From contig JAUCBJ010000807.1 in NCBI GenBank assembly GCA_032718475.1, positions 1,703 through 65,702 on the forward strand: a stretch of 64,000 bases of DNA, given 5' to 3'. Source of the stretch: Nemertoderma westbladi. Lineage: Eukaryota > Animalia > Xenacoelomorpha. Numbering within the stretch: the first letter of the stretch is position 1; every line of letters starts with the position of its first letter. Positions 47,916 through 61,460 of the stretch are shown here, piece after piece. The notes beneath the pieces are model-generated. The model saw only the letters and a list, made by a program, of their open reading frames with translations. It was not told where the DNA came from and searched no databases. The translations under genes and the position numbers were made by a program.

Positions 47916-49365
47916 TTTCGTGGTAGGATATTCTTGTACATAGCTCATCATAGATGGGATTAACATACGTTATTTTATTATTCACCTAAGTAGCTTGTTG
48001 ATTATTGTTTTTAGTGGTATCAAGGAACTATAATAATTGACGTTTCCCCAAAGAAAAAATCCATATTTAATTTTTATTGATTGTGTTTGGAGGGAGCTTT
48101 CATAGTTTATAATCTAAGAGAAGGATGAGTAGACTGTTTTTTTTAGATCAAGTGACAGACGATTATCTGATAACCAGCTGATAACCTTTGTTTCAGCTCT
48201 AACATTGAAAATAAAGAGTTGAGGTGGGATTAGAAAGGTAGAGAGGGTTGTACCGTCAGTGAAACCCCACGCTCGTGTACCCCGATTCTGGGGCTTCGGG
48301 CATCACGAAGTCTGTCTAGATGGGCGATTGCGAAGCACTCACTAGCAGCAGACAGAGGAACTATAGAAAGGGGTGTTTCTCTGTGAAGAATTTATAAATT
48401 TTTGATAAACTAGAGGTGTACACCAAGTTTGGTTCTGTTTTATCAAAGCTTGATGTTCCAGAATAATTTAATAAACTGCACAATATGCTGCAATTGAACG
48501 GAGAATGAATAAAATTGACACTGGCCTGTCTGTTACACGTAAATTAACTCGGTAACTATAAGTCGCATACGATTTTTAAATAATTATAGTTGATATAATT
48601 ATTAAGGTAAATGATGCCAAAATATTATAAAATTTCACTACAAGGAAATTTAATAAGTAATTTACAATAAATTGATATGGCTGCAAAATCCCCATATGGA
48701 ATAACAAGGTATACTTCAGTCAAGCAGACGTAATGTCAGGGGCGTCACAGCCACCCTTGTGACCCCTGCGCTCCAGGGGTGGCGCAAGACCGGTGGGTGG
48801 GGGCTCAGCCGTTTTTTACAAGGACATCTTTTTACATGTTCAGTAAAAAAATAAACGAAAAATATAATAATTAAATAGAAGGTTAATAATTTCGACAATT
48901 AATTTTTTTACAACTGTGAACATGATAATATTATGTACTGTAGCATCCTATGTGCATGGGCACATGGTTTTGAACCACAGTAATAACCCCCCCCCCCCCC
49001 CCCAGATCTATATTATTAACGATAACAGTTTAGACCAGGTAACAGGTAAGGTTAATGTTATCCCAACCCTGGCCATGGGTGGCCAAACGAATGTAAAACG
49101 AACGGATGAAGTGGTAGGCATTCACAAGCGGTAACATAGTGTAAAGATGATAGAAAAAATATAAAGTATTGATTGAGGGTCTTTAGCTGGTTATATTATA
49201 TTAAATAAAGTACAATAGACCATTTAAGGTTGTAGCCCCAAGGTCAAGCCAACATTACCAATAATGCCCCCCCCCCCCCCCCCTTCCCCTCCCCCTCCCG
49301 CTCTCCGGCAGATCCCTTTTTCTCCATCCCATGATATGAATCGACAGCCTTATCCTTATCACTCA

Positions 49366-50091
49366 CTACCACAGTAGTCTGTAAAATATTACCGACTCGC
49401 CCTTCAGCCCCGTGTGGTCTACCAAACCCTCGAAAGTTACTTTGAAGGCTCTTCTGTAGTTCAGGGGTGATCCCGATAGCAGAAATGCCGTTGGTTCTCT
49501 TTCGATAACCAAGGTCATGAATAGGTTTAGCAAACCTATCATTATCCAGTCCTCCTGCAGGATATATCGCTTCTGATATATCTTTATCGCTCCTCTCCGG
49601 AATTGATACACCTCTTGCTTCCCCGGTCTCGCTCCCCACTTCAGCGAGTTCGCCAACTCCGCTCCGTACTCCTCCCTGAATTTACCCCAGTCCATTGGCT
49701 TGTGGCATACGAGCCCCATTAACTGGCCCATCGCCACCGCTCCACAATGACCCGCGTTCTCCACTAGTCCCAACCCGGCTGGCGCTGTCATAGCCATGTA
49801 GACCGTTTGCATGTCCAGAAGTTTGGGGGTCTCCGGACCGATGATCCTCTCCGCATCGTCGCGGATCGCCGATCCCACCTTTATCGTCGACTTCTCTCTT
49901 ACTAGGCTCTGCACCGCCTTTGGCAACCGGTTTAACTTCGGCCCGTTCTTCTTCCCATACGTTCCCAGATCGAACAGGAATATATCCCCATTTGGCGCGG
50001 CCAAATGTAGGAGTATGGTTCTGGCCGACCCCGCCGACCCTCTTCTCGAACCTTCCTCGTCTTCCACGGTCCCCTCATCGTCTGGGACCAT
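49366..50091 (-). CDS. DnaQ/DEDDy 3'-5' exonuclease-like protein (WRN/EXD2/Mut-7 type)
   Basis: ExoI-like MVPDDEG; LLHLAAPNGDIFLFDL; LPKAVQSLVREKSTIKVGSAIRDD (ExoII); LLDMQ; ExoIII-like QKRYILQED. Confidence 0.7.
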   Translation of the reverse strand: MVPDDEGTVEDEEGSRRGSAGSARTILLHLAAPNGDIFLFDLGTYGKKNGPKLNRLPKAVQSLVREKSTIKVGSAIRDDAERIIGPETPKLLDMQTVYMAMTAPAGLGLVENAGHCGAVAMGQLMGLVCHKPMDWGKFREEYGAELANSLKWGARPGKQEVYQFRRGAIKIYQKRYILQEDWIMIGLLNLFMTLVIEREPTAFLLSGSPLNYRRAFKVTFEGLVDHTGLKGESVIFYRLLW

Positions 50092-50379
50092 GTATCCTCC
50101 TCTTTATTTCCTAAAGTGCCAAATTTCCTAAATTCTCTAATTTTGTCAGTTACTTTAATTATGTTCTGGAATATCCTGCCTACTGTTACCATAATTTGTC
50201 TAATTTTGATTTTAATATTTAATTTTAATCCTACAACTGGGCTATCAGTGTCTACTAATGGATTATTTATTCTTGTAATCCATATTCTGGCCTACTCTAT
50301 GGGCTGTGCAGTACAGCAGTATGTCTCATGCGGCCTACACGATCTGTCCTGCCGTACCCACGTGCCCCCCTCTCACTAC

Positions 50380-50935
50380 TCACTACTAACTCTACTAACT
50401 TTTACTAACACACTAACTCTTACTAACATTCTAACTGGCTTCTACTAACGGTACTACGCGTACCCTCTTTCTAACTCTTCTACTAATGGTACTATGTACC
50501 CTCTTACTAACTAACTCCACTAACTCTTACTAACGGTACTACGTACCCTCTTACTAACTAACCCCACTAACTCTTACTAACGGTTCTACATACCCTCTTA
50601 CTAACTCTTCTACTAACGGTACTACATACCCTCTTACTAACTAACTCCACCAACTCTTACTAACAGTACTACGTACCCCCTTACTAACTCTTCTACTAAC
50701 GGTACTACGTACCCTCTTACTAACTAACTCCCCCAACTCTTACTAACGGTACTACGTACCCTCTTACTAACTAACTCCACCAACTCTTACTAACGGTACT
50801 GCGTACCCTCTTACTAACTAACTCCACTGACTCTTACTAACGGTACTACGTACCCTCTTACTAACTAACTAGCTCTCTAACTAATGGTACTACGTATCCT
50901 CTTACTAACTTCTATCTGCCTACTTACTTACTACG
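50380..50935. repeat. ~40-50-bp tandem repeat between integrase and the exonuclease ORF
   Basis: (taacggtactacgtaccctcttactaactaactccaccaactcttac)n, about 11 variable units. Confidence 0.92.
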
Positions 50936-51073
50936 TACCTACTATGTACTATTACTTTCCTTTCTCTTATTCTCTATCTCTATTATTTTTAAAAAAAAAT
51001 TTATATTTTGTGTGGGAAGGGTGTCTCGCCCTCAATCCCACCCCCCTTAGTCCAACACTTGGATGACTAAACT

Positions 51074-53850
51074 CTATGGTGCCCCTTCTAGCAGGCAACA
51101 TTTGCCTACAGCCCTCCTGTAGGTCTTTCTGTCTTTCGCTCCTATCTTGCAACCTATCCGCACCTCCACCGATCGGACTCTTCCGTCCTCGTCGGAGTAA
51201 GTGTCCACTACTCTTGCTAGTCTCCATTGATTGTTGATAATGGTGTCATCCGTGACGATCACCAAATCACCCTTCTTTAACTCCCTAGTGGTATTTCTCC
51301 ACTTGCTCCTCCTATGTAGCGTGGGTAGGTATTCCTCAACCCACCTCCTCCAGTACTCTGCACTTATCGCCTTAGCGACTTTCCAACTCTGTCGGGAGTG
51401 TATGTCGTCTGGGTCTACACCCCGCATGTCGATGGTCGCTGGCCTCTCCATTAGAAAGTGACTGGGTGTCAGCACATCTAATGATTCTGGGTCGTCATTC
51501 TCTGCGTATAGCGGTCTGCTATTGATGATACCTTCGCACTTGGCTAGTACTGTCCTTAGTATATCTTCTGTCACCATGTGGGTGTTCATCAACTTCGTCA
51601 TCAGATGCTTGGAACTACCCACGAGTCTCTCGACGCATCCTAAAGTATGCGGGGCATACGTCCTCCCTATTTGCGACGAATATAGGGTATCTCGTCTTCT
51701 CATTGTGTAGCCAACCAAGCACTACCATGGAGTCCGTCCAGTAGTGTGTTTCCACTATGTTGGGAATAGTGTCCATCAAGTAGGCTGTGGCCCTTACTCC
51801 TAACCTCGCAGCTGTCAACTCGAGTTTCGGGACCGATGCTGAATCTGGCGGCGTCGACTTTGCTTTGCTGAATGCAAGTCGGGCTTATGAGCCCCCTCTC
51901 GTTGTACTAGGTAGAGTGCCGCTCCGTATGCTTCAAATGACGCATCGGAGAACATGTGTAGATCCAGATCCGTCTTGTTCCCATCCGGAAATTACACGCG
52001 TGGCATGCTGTATGTCCCCATCCGTTCTAAACTCTCCATCCACTTGCTCCATTGCTTGCTGATCTCTTCCGGGACCTCTGTATCCCATTCGTCCTTTAGC
52101 TTATATACTTTCTTAAGTATCTGTTTCCCCGTGACTAATAGTGGGGATGCTAGGCCTAGGGGATCGTATATCCTTGCTATGTATGATACATAGCCCCTCT
52201 TTGCGTGGATGTCTGCGCCCTCCTGTCTCAGCTGGTATTTGAACTCGTCTGTCTCTCGATTCCACACGATCCCTAATGCCTTCTGCTGGGATTCTACCCT
52301 CTTGTTCGCCATGTCCTGTCCCTTGGCTGTCGTGGGGTTATCCATGGTCAACTCTGGCCTCCTGTCCTCTATGGCTTTCATAAACTCTTCTGAGCTGGAT
52401 TGGAACTTGGTCAGGTTGAACCCGGATCCTTTTAGGATGTCGTGAACCTTGCGCCCTGTATCCAGTAGTTCTTTAACCGTATTTCCAGATTCCATTCCGT
52501 CGTCTACATAGAAGCCGCGTCGAATCATATCGACGGCTTTGGTGCTATATTTTTCCTCTTTCCCCTCCACTGTATCCCTCACGTCCACAGTCGTCGTAAA
52601 TGAGGACGACTTGGCCCCCATATTCTGCACCACCATCTTGTACACTGGTATTGTCGATGGTTCCTCGTCGCCGTTATACCATAGGAAGCGCTGGCTGTCA
52701 CTATCCTCCTCCGTCACGCGGACTTGGTTGAACATGCCTTCAATGTCGCAGGTGAAGGTGTGCCTCCCGTTTCTGAATCTGAGTAGGACCTCGATCCCTG
52801 AGTTATAGATATTGGGACCCTCCAGCAGATAATCGTTTAGGCATTTGCCGTTGGTCTTAGCCGATGCGTCAACTACCATCCGCAGTTTACCTTTCTTCGG
52901 GTCTAGAGCCACGTGAAGTGGCAGGTAATAGGTCCTATCCGTGTTCGGTCTGTCGACCGGTAACTCCACGGCCCATCCTTTCTCGACATACTTTGTTATC
53001 ATTCTATGAATGTACTCATTCTTTTCGGGGCTCCGTTTTAGCGTTTGCTTCAGTTTACGAAGCCTCGTGAGTACCATCCCCTTGTTGTCCGGTAGCGGTA
53101 ATTTTGGTTGTTTCCATACCATCCCTATGGTGTACCGCCCCTCGTCGCATCTCATCGACTCCTTTACACTTTGTATTGCCTGTTTATCTTCCACCGAGGT
53201 TCCGACCCCGGTCTCTTTCAATCCCTCAAAATCCTGCCTAAGCAGTCTCCTGAGCTGCTCCTCCGCTCCTTCATCTTCCATCTCCCTCATAGTTCCCGCG
53301 AACATGCACCCTGATGTCTCCGACATCCTAAACGGAATCCTGGTTCTAATTGGGCCGCTTAGCGTCCACCCAAATGGTGTTAAAATTGCCACCCGGTCAT
53401 GCTGCCTGTCTTCGGCGAAGACCGTCTGCATTCTCTCATGGGCTGTCGGGAAGTCCATTCCTACTATAATGGATACCTTCCTAACTTCCACCTCTGGTAT
53501 TGAGAAGTCGATAGTGTCCAGGAATCTATATTGTTTGACCTCGATGTTGTTTGGTCGCCTGGCGTTGATATTTATCGATTCTATCACCTGAATGGGGTCG
53601 ATCGTCGCCCCATAATCGCATCCCAGTGCTATCGCTGCTATCCCGCACCGTCCGGTCCTCATCTCCAGGACCTCATCTTTGCTGGAGATGGTTGTTACCG
53701 CCATTCTACTTGGCCTTGTCTTTAGTCCTATCTCTTCGGCTACCCAATCCTCGACCAATGTGAAGGCTGCTCCACTGTCGACCAGCATTAGCGTGGTTAC
53801 TGATCGATCGCCTTCTCCGATCACCCTCACTGGTACTACCCCGAGTCGTA
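51074..53850 (-). pseudogene. BEL/Pao pol of element 2 with the integrase N-terminus deleted
   Basis: LVDSGA, LRMVVDAS, FYVDDG, YDPLGL, WTDSMVVLGWL. VANR joins directly to APHTLGCVERLV near 51660. Confidence 0.9.
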
Positions 53851-53859
53851 CCGTTCCTC

Positions 53860-56800
53860 TCTTCTACGGTGCTTGTCGCCATTGTCTATCCTTTGCCTTG
53901 CATGAACTTAATTGGTGTTTCCTTGCATTGGTTAGCTCTATGTCCACCCATCACACATCGAGGACAGACTTCGCTCCTCCTTGCGTATTCTATCTGATCT
54001 TCTCTGGGCAGCGCTTGCCAATATCTGCAGTTCATGGTCTGATGAAGTGCGTTCGTGTGTAATTGGCATTTGTTGTTTGGGTTATAGCCATCCTTATATA
54101 GTGCGCTCCGTATCGCACTTGCGTTCGTACCTAGATCTCTACTATTCTTATTGTTTGGGTTCGGCCTACTGGGCGTGTTGGGGTTATGTTTATTTGTGTT
54201 GTTATTTTTACCCTGTCCGCTCCATGGTGTAGCCCTACCCCCGGCTACATGTGGACTAGCAGTCCCCTGCGTTGCCGTGTATGGCAGCAATTGTCTGAGC
54301 TTTGGCAATGCATTCGCCGTGTTGTGTTCTGGTTTCGGCCTATTGTATTCGGTCTTTGGCCCCTTTCCCAGACTATCCTCGCTATAGACTGGGTCGGTGA
54401 TTAATTCGGCTTCATAGTTGAGGAAGCTCGACATTTCTTCTAGGCCTGGTTCCGTACCCGTCTTCTCCCTGGTGAAGAAAGCGATTTTCCTCCATTTATT
54501 GCGCAGCCAGATCGGCAGTGCCTGCGCTATCGTGGTGATGTTATTAGATGCGTTGAGTTCGTATGGCGCATCTAGCGTCTTCAATATGATTAGCGCCTTC
54601 TCGACTTGACTCTCGACTTATGCTAACGGGGTTATCCTGTAGGCCACCCGATCTTATACCTCTTAGGGTTTGCCGGATGATCTTGGCCGGGTGCCTGTAC
54701 TCCCTGTCTAGCGCCCGCCATGCTGTCGTGAAGCCACCCTCGATGCCCTGGTACTGCCTCACGATGTCGTATGCTGGGCATCCTGTATACACCTGTAGAT
54801 ATTTTAGGCACTCCGCCTGCATCAGGTTCTTTGTCAATATTTCATTGCTGTACATGCGCCTAAAATGGAGGTATTCTTCCGGCCTACTTCCATCGAATTT
54901 AAATGGTTCTACAGGTGGTAACTCGATTCTGGTCTTCAATGCATCGATTAATGTAGCCATTCCCATCGCCTGTGCTTCCAATGGGTTCGATGGATGCTGT
55001 ACAGATTCTCCCGTTGGGTGCGGTCCGCTCGTCCTGTCTGTTGCGCTCCTTTGCGTCGGGTATATCATTGGGGGTAATGGCCCCCTCCATATTTCCGTGT
55101 CGCATGATCTGTTCTCGTCCAGGGGGTTCGATGCTTATTCCTGTTTGAGTATATTGTTGATATTGTGATGGGGGAATGTCACCCTGCCCCCCCCCCCCCC
55201 CCCCCCACCGGTATATTTGGTACTGGGGTTGATGTTAATATACATATCCATACACCTATCCGCAATAACTCTCCCCTCCCCTGGATATATGTTATGTCCC
55301 TGCATGCTATAGTCATACTGTTGTGCTGGGACCGGTATAGGCCTATCCACTTCTGGCCTACCTACCGGTATGTACTCCGCGACTTCCTGGCTTAATCCCG
55401 TCGTCCGCGCTACCCTATCGCATACATTATCTCTCCCAGCATGGCCTATAGTATGTGCAGTAAGGCCTACAGTATGTCCTGCAGTCTGTATGTGTCCCTC
55501 CGGACCGAAGTTTAACCTTCTCGAATAATCCAAGAAGTCCTCCCCGCGACTACTGTATCCTCGATCGGCAGCTATATCCCGTCGGGAAGTTTCTCTTCGA
55601 TCCCCTCTGCTATTCTCGTCCTCGTACCGTCCTCGTCCTATACCCCTCTCTCGGCGTATAGTACACCTCGCCAGGTCGCGTCTCTCCGGGACGATGGCAA
55701 TCTCCCGGAGTTCGACCCCACCGACTCTCCAACTCCATCTCTACTACCGACAGCTCGCTATCCGTCCTCGCTCTCCTGTCGCTCGCAATGACACTTCTTC
55801 TACACTCTTCTCTTCTTCTTTCTGCAGTGTAGCGTCCCCGCTCGTGGGATCTCTCGTCGACCTCCCGGTTAAACTCCACTGTTCTTCTTCCCTCTTCTGA
55901 CTGGGCTCGACGTCTCGTCGCTCACCCTCTCGCGACGCCAACCTCTCTCTCTCTACCCGGTAGCATGCCGCTGGGGACATTCGTAATCCCCCTACTATTC
56001 TCCATCACCGGGTGCTGCAGTTCACCTAATTCGCCCCGCGCATTATCCGCCGACGCCTGTGGGGCACTCTCTGCCCCCCCCCCCCCTCTCGCCCTCTAAT
56101 CTCTCGTTGTGGGGCTCCTGTAGCCCCCCCCCCCCCCCCCACTCGCCACCTATCACTTCACTATCTCTCACTTCACCTCTACGCCCCTCTCTAGTCGACA
56201 CACTATCTCTACTGCGGCTGGGTCTATTCACACCCGCCTCTCCCTCTATTGCTGCGTTGCCTGGCAGGCTCCCGTCGGGTTGACTCAACCCCGCCACTCC
56301 CTGCGCACTAACTACGTGGCCTACAAGGCCCCCTTCGGGGTCTCTCACCCCCGCTACTTCCTGCGTACTGATTACGTGGCCTACCAGGCTCTCGTTTGCC
56401 GGGCCACCTACATTTGCTGTGTTTACATTAATAGCACCATTATTAATATTATTTTCTGAATTATTTAAATTATTAGAATTACTCTGTGCTGAATTCGGAT
56501 TATTATTTAAATTATTTTGTATATTTGAATTATTTTGGATTCGGATTATTTTGTTCGTTTGAATTAAAATTATTATTTAGATTATTTTGCGTATTTAAAT
56601 TATTTGAATTATGTAGTATATTCGAATCTAGATTATTATTTGAATTATCTGTATATTTAAATTAGGATCGTTCGGATTTAAATTACTATTATCGGGCAAA
56701 ATATTATTTCCTGCAATGAAAGTTTGATTAGGGTTATCTACTACGGTATTATTAATATTAATGTTCTCTAAAGTATTATTATTACCCCCCCCCCCCCCCC

Positions 56801-57640
56801 CCTCCGCCCGTATGGTTACACCAGTCTTGGGTCTGTCGTCCGGTCCCTGTAAGTGGGGTATTAACAAACGTTTCCATAACTTCTGGCTCCTCGTAAACAC
56901 TACCTGAGCCAGCCTCGCTCTCTGATAGCCCCAACTGCGCCAGTTCTAGTCGGCGCTTCTGCTTGGCCTGATACTGCATAAGCCCCCTTAGCCGGGCGTG
57001 CATATCATCCCGCATACGCTTTCCCGCTCTCTCTCTCTCCCTATCCTCCCTTAAACTTTGGTCCGCAAATTCTACCTCTCTCGCCTCCCGCTCTCTACGT
57101 TCATTCATTTCTCTCACTTCCCATTCTTTGCGCTCCGCTTTCTCCCTCATCTCTCGTTCCTCGCGCTCTTTCTCTACTCTCGTCTCTCGTTCCTCGCGCT
57201 CTTTGCGCTCGCTCATCTCTCTTTCTTCCCGCTCCCTACAGTTTCTCGCCACCCTCTCGGCCCTCTCTCTACACTCCTTCGCCAGTTCCCTCTCCTTTTC
57301 TAACAACGCAGTCCCCTCGTCCAACTGCCTCTCTAACTCTTTCTGGTCTAGCGCCACCATGTCCAACTGACACGCCAGATCTATCTCCAACACCCTTCTT
57401 GCTTTCGCGGAGGATGAAGCGGACTTATCGGTCACAACGGACTCCCGTCGCCTCTCTGTCCTACTAATTTTCCCCCGCTTTCTGGGGTTCTCGCTAACCA
57501 ACGAGACCGAATCCTCGGGGTTAACCTCGGATTCGCCCACGTGCGGGTTTGCCCAACCCACTAACTTAATTCCCCTAGCATCAACTAAATACGCCCTATG
57601 TACACTATCTGGGGCTCCATAATCCCGGATCGCCACAGTT
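53860..57640 (-). pseudogene. BEL/Pao gag of element 2 (charged coiled coil, Asn-rich tract, gag core, Cys/His knuckles)
   Basis: ELPPVEPFKFDGSRPEEY, LPIWLRNKW, CQLHTNALHQTMNC, CPRCVMGGHRANQC; frameshifts, several at G homopolymers. Confidence 0.82.
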
Positions 57641-60600
57641 CAAATAGTTCGGTGGTGACCCCCCTCGCTCTCTCACTCGCTAGTTCTCCCTGCCCGAAGT
57701 GAACTAGGTACCTAAAGTGTTTGTTCGACACAGCTAGTCGCTGGTTTAATTTCTTACCTTAAATCTTACCTTAAATTTCTACCTTTGCTCCTTGTTTGGC
57801 CTCTTTGAGCTGCTTCTTCGTCGTGTTGTAGGCTCGTCGGAGCCGGTCACTGGTTCCGACGTCCTCGTCGTCGACCTCTCCTCCTCCCCCTCCTGGTTCG
57901 GCATCGTACCGGCGGCCCCACCGTCGCCATTCCGGTGGGCTGTCCGTCGCCCTCGGCCTGTGGCTGGCCGGCGACATCGGTACTACGACCGCCGTCGTGC
58001 GTCGACTCCTCCTCCCGTTGTGGTAGACGGCCGCCCTCCGCTTGGGCTGCCGGATTGTCTCTGTCCGGCGAGTCCGGCGTTGCGGGTCGATACCGTCGCG
58101 TCGCGCCCTCACGGATCGTCTCGTTCGTATCGTCCGGGGTCCGTGGCGGTGTCGTCTCTCCCTCTAGATCTTGGGGTTGCGTACTCATCTTTTAACGCTT
58201 TCTTTGGTGGCTGGCAGTCACAGTTTTAACAGTAGTACTCTGGATTTTTGTTCTGTGACGGGATCAGAGGATCCCGACCAGTGAATTTGTTACGCGTCGC
58301 CGTGCCGTTAGGGAAAAGATAGTTTGTTGTTGTTATCTTTGATGTTGATATAAACGGTAATATAATATAATTAATGTGAATATAATAGCACAGTTGTCCA
58401 GGATGAGATAACGAATAATATGATATGCTAATAAGATAATACACTGAATAGGATACCGGTAACGGTGGTAACACGACGGTACAAAAATGTCACTGGTCCC
58501 CACTGTGTGACTGAGATAACTGAATAGGATACAAACACTAACCGGTAATATATATTCACCTCTACTCTACTTGTGGCCTTGTTACTTAGCGGATGCATTT
58601 TCCTTGTCCCCGATTGGCCAATAACCTAATTCTCGGCTCCCACCTCTGTGGGAGTGTTCCCCCCCCCCCCCCCCCCCCCCGCTGCTGTCACTTTCCCTCT
58701 CCAAGAGGTTTGACCTCTAACCTCTTTTGTGTGTGGCTCTTTGGGGCCGTGTGTTGTCCCCATTTATTGGGGGTGATACGAGGTTGATTGTAATCCACCT
58801 CGTACTCCCCAATATTGCTTAAAACGTCACTTCTCAACTTTATGGGGTTGGTGGAGCGGAATTGAATCCGCTCACAATATGTGTCAGAGGACGTTGGCCT
58901 GACCCAGGCCCAAATGTGCTCTGATTGGACACAACTTGTTTAAGTCTTAAGTGGCTAGGTTAACGATTTGATATTGTCGTCATAATCATATTGTTTTTAC
59001 TTATTATATTATTACATTACATATTGTAAATATTTACAATTACACTTTTTCTTTATATTTTATTTATCATTATGTATTTAAAGGGGGACTTCGGAGCAAT
59101 AAAAATTCATCCCTCTTCAGAGGAAATTCGACGCAAATAAATAACTACTCGCAAAAATAAAACTGTAACCTGTCTTAGTATGGCCGAGTTTCGTTTTTTG
59201 TTTTGGTTAGAAAATACGTGTCACTGTAACCTGCTCCTTTCCATAAATTGAGCATTTAACATTGATGCGAAATATTAATTGAAAAGATGGATTTATTTGC
59301 GTCCAATCCTACCCCCCCCCCCCACCCCCCCCCCCCCCCCCTGTCTCATTATTTATTATAAGGGTGGGCGGGAAAAGTGTGGTGTGTGTGTAAAAGCTTT
59401 TACTGAATTGTCCGGTTATTTTTCCTTATTTTTCCCGTAAAGTACTCTGTAGTTGGTTTACCAGGCATAAAAAGGCCGTGTCCTTGCTGTACTGGTGTTT
59501 TAGCGGACATAAGAGCTATTTCTTCTGTATTTGTACTTTAGAGGACATAATCCGTAATTCCGTGACGTAAAAGCACGATACTCTTGAAAACAGTGTCGCT
59601 ACCATGACGACGGCTAGCAGCTGATATTGCCACGTCGACGTTTCTTTGTTTCTCTGTTCTCTCGTTGTTCAGGTTGACCAATCAGAGCGTTTGTTATCTC
59701 TGTGTTGGAGGTATATACAGAAACTCAGTAGTTCAGTGTTATTGTTTTTGTCCAGAGCCTAAGAACCGGCTTTGGCACCTCCGTGTTTTAGTTTTTAGTC
59801 TTACACTAGTAGGTTTAATTATAAAGGGCATATATCCTTTAACGCACCTACCTGACTCATGGAATCACTGCATACTGATGACTGATGTCTGCATACTGCA
59901 GTACTGCATACACTGCATACTGTGTAACATTGTGCATACCTTTATATTGTTATACTGCTATTTACCGTCAGTTCTTCATAATATGGTTGATGAATAATTA
60001 TATTTGGAATAACGATAAACAACCCCGAAACCCAATGTTCTTGATATACCGAAGGTAAGAGAGAAGGGTTACAGATAAACGATTGTGACTTATGTTAAAG
60101 TGGTTTGAAGTGAATCTAATGTTATTTGATAGACCCTACATGAGCCAGTCTGTGTTCCTTATATATGTGACTAAAATCAGTGAAGATCGGCAGATTAGTG
60201 TGCAGTATTGTGCAGCATTGTGTATGAGTGAGTCTGTTAAAGAAGCATTCCTAAAGAATGCGCCATATATGTGAATTATAATTAAGCCATATCGTTGTGA
60301 GTGGTTTAAGTCATAACTCTGTTTATATAGATAAAGCGCCACGTCCTAAAGGAACTGTTAATATTCCCGAAGGTGAATAATATTGTCAGAGATTATATAA
60401 TACTGTCAGTCGAATAATACATTAGGCTTACATAGCAATAAAATTAAACCGTCGAACCCAATCTCCCGGGAATTTCCAGCGGGTGAATGGTCGCGCACGG
60501 ATTGGTTTCGACTAGTGTAGTGAATCAAATACTTGTCATAGACTAAAAACTGATTTAATATCTAGAAGACATCTTAATTTGGTGGGTTAAACTGCCAAAG

Positions 60601-60953
60601 GTCTGAAAGCGCGAACATTAAAGGATATAGCTTCTTTATTGCAGTAAGCAATAAAGTCGAAAGTACCGGTCGACCGGTAACCAGTAGGCCTGACTGCCTG
60701 ATCATCCGGACCGGTACCTACAGCAGTATTATTCGATTTGATTGTATATACCGGTAGGTCTTAATAATTAATCGGGGACGCCTGGTTTTTATTGAGATTT
60801 TACTTGGCCTATTTCTGTCAAGTTTTATTTATTTGTAGGCCAGTATTGAACAGAAGGCGTGTAAGCCTGATCAGATTGTACAGACAATTTGTAGGCTGAG
60901 CTGTTGTCTGATTGCTGTTAAGTCCGAACGAATTGCAGTGTGTGTAGAGCACT

Positions 60954-61460
60954 TGTCCGATTAAGTACGGTTAGGAAGTAGGGGCAGCAACGCTGTAAGG
61001 TAATCCCCCAGACTAAAGAATAAGTCGCACTACTGGGTTAGAGCGCATACTCCCTAATCATTTCGGAGTCTGCATGTCCTGTAGTTTATTTAGGCTTGAG
61101 AGTAGTCTGCCATCGTTTAGTCTGTACTTTGTTTGTGTAAGTCTGTACGGGTAGCGTATAATTTTATTTAGATAATTTGTAGGCTGGATAGTTGTCTGGC
61201 TGTTATTAGGTCTGAACGGATTGCCGCGTGTGTAGATCATCTGTCCGATTAAGTACGATTAGGCAGTAGGGGCAGTGAACACTGTAAGGTAAACCCCCAA
61301 CTAAAGAATAAGTCGCACTACTGGGTTAGAGCGCATACTCCCTAATCATTTCGGAGTCTGCATATACCGTAGTTTGTTTAGGCTTGATAGTAGTCTGTCA
61401 GTGTTCGGTCTGTATTTTGTTTGAGTAGTTTGTACGCGTAGCGTAATATTTATTATTCAG
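60954..61460. repeat. ~287-bp-period direct duplication in the LTR/leader of element 3
   Basis: tgtccgattaagtacg...aagaataagtcgcactactgggttagagcgcatactccc at ~60955 and ~61242. Confidence 0.88.

Larger units (their letters stand above)
49260..58280 (-). mobile_element. BEL/Pao LTR retrotransposon, element 2 (different family, internally deleted, LTR pair not resolved)
   Basis: gag-PR-RT-RH-IN C-terminus, followed by a tandem repeat and an exonuclease ORF. Confidence 0.88.

Noticed and set aside
55180-56805. Programmed frameshifts at long G/C homopolymers in element 2 gag
   Set aside because: Similar tracts are scattered through non-coding parts of the window, so slippage or sequencing length error is more likely.
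59083-59125. Hammerhead-like CTGAAGA...GAAG on the minus strand
   Set aside because: No GAAA, no stem III and no stem I pairing.
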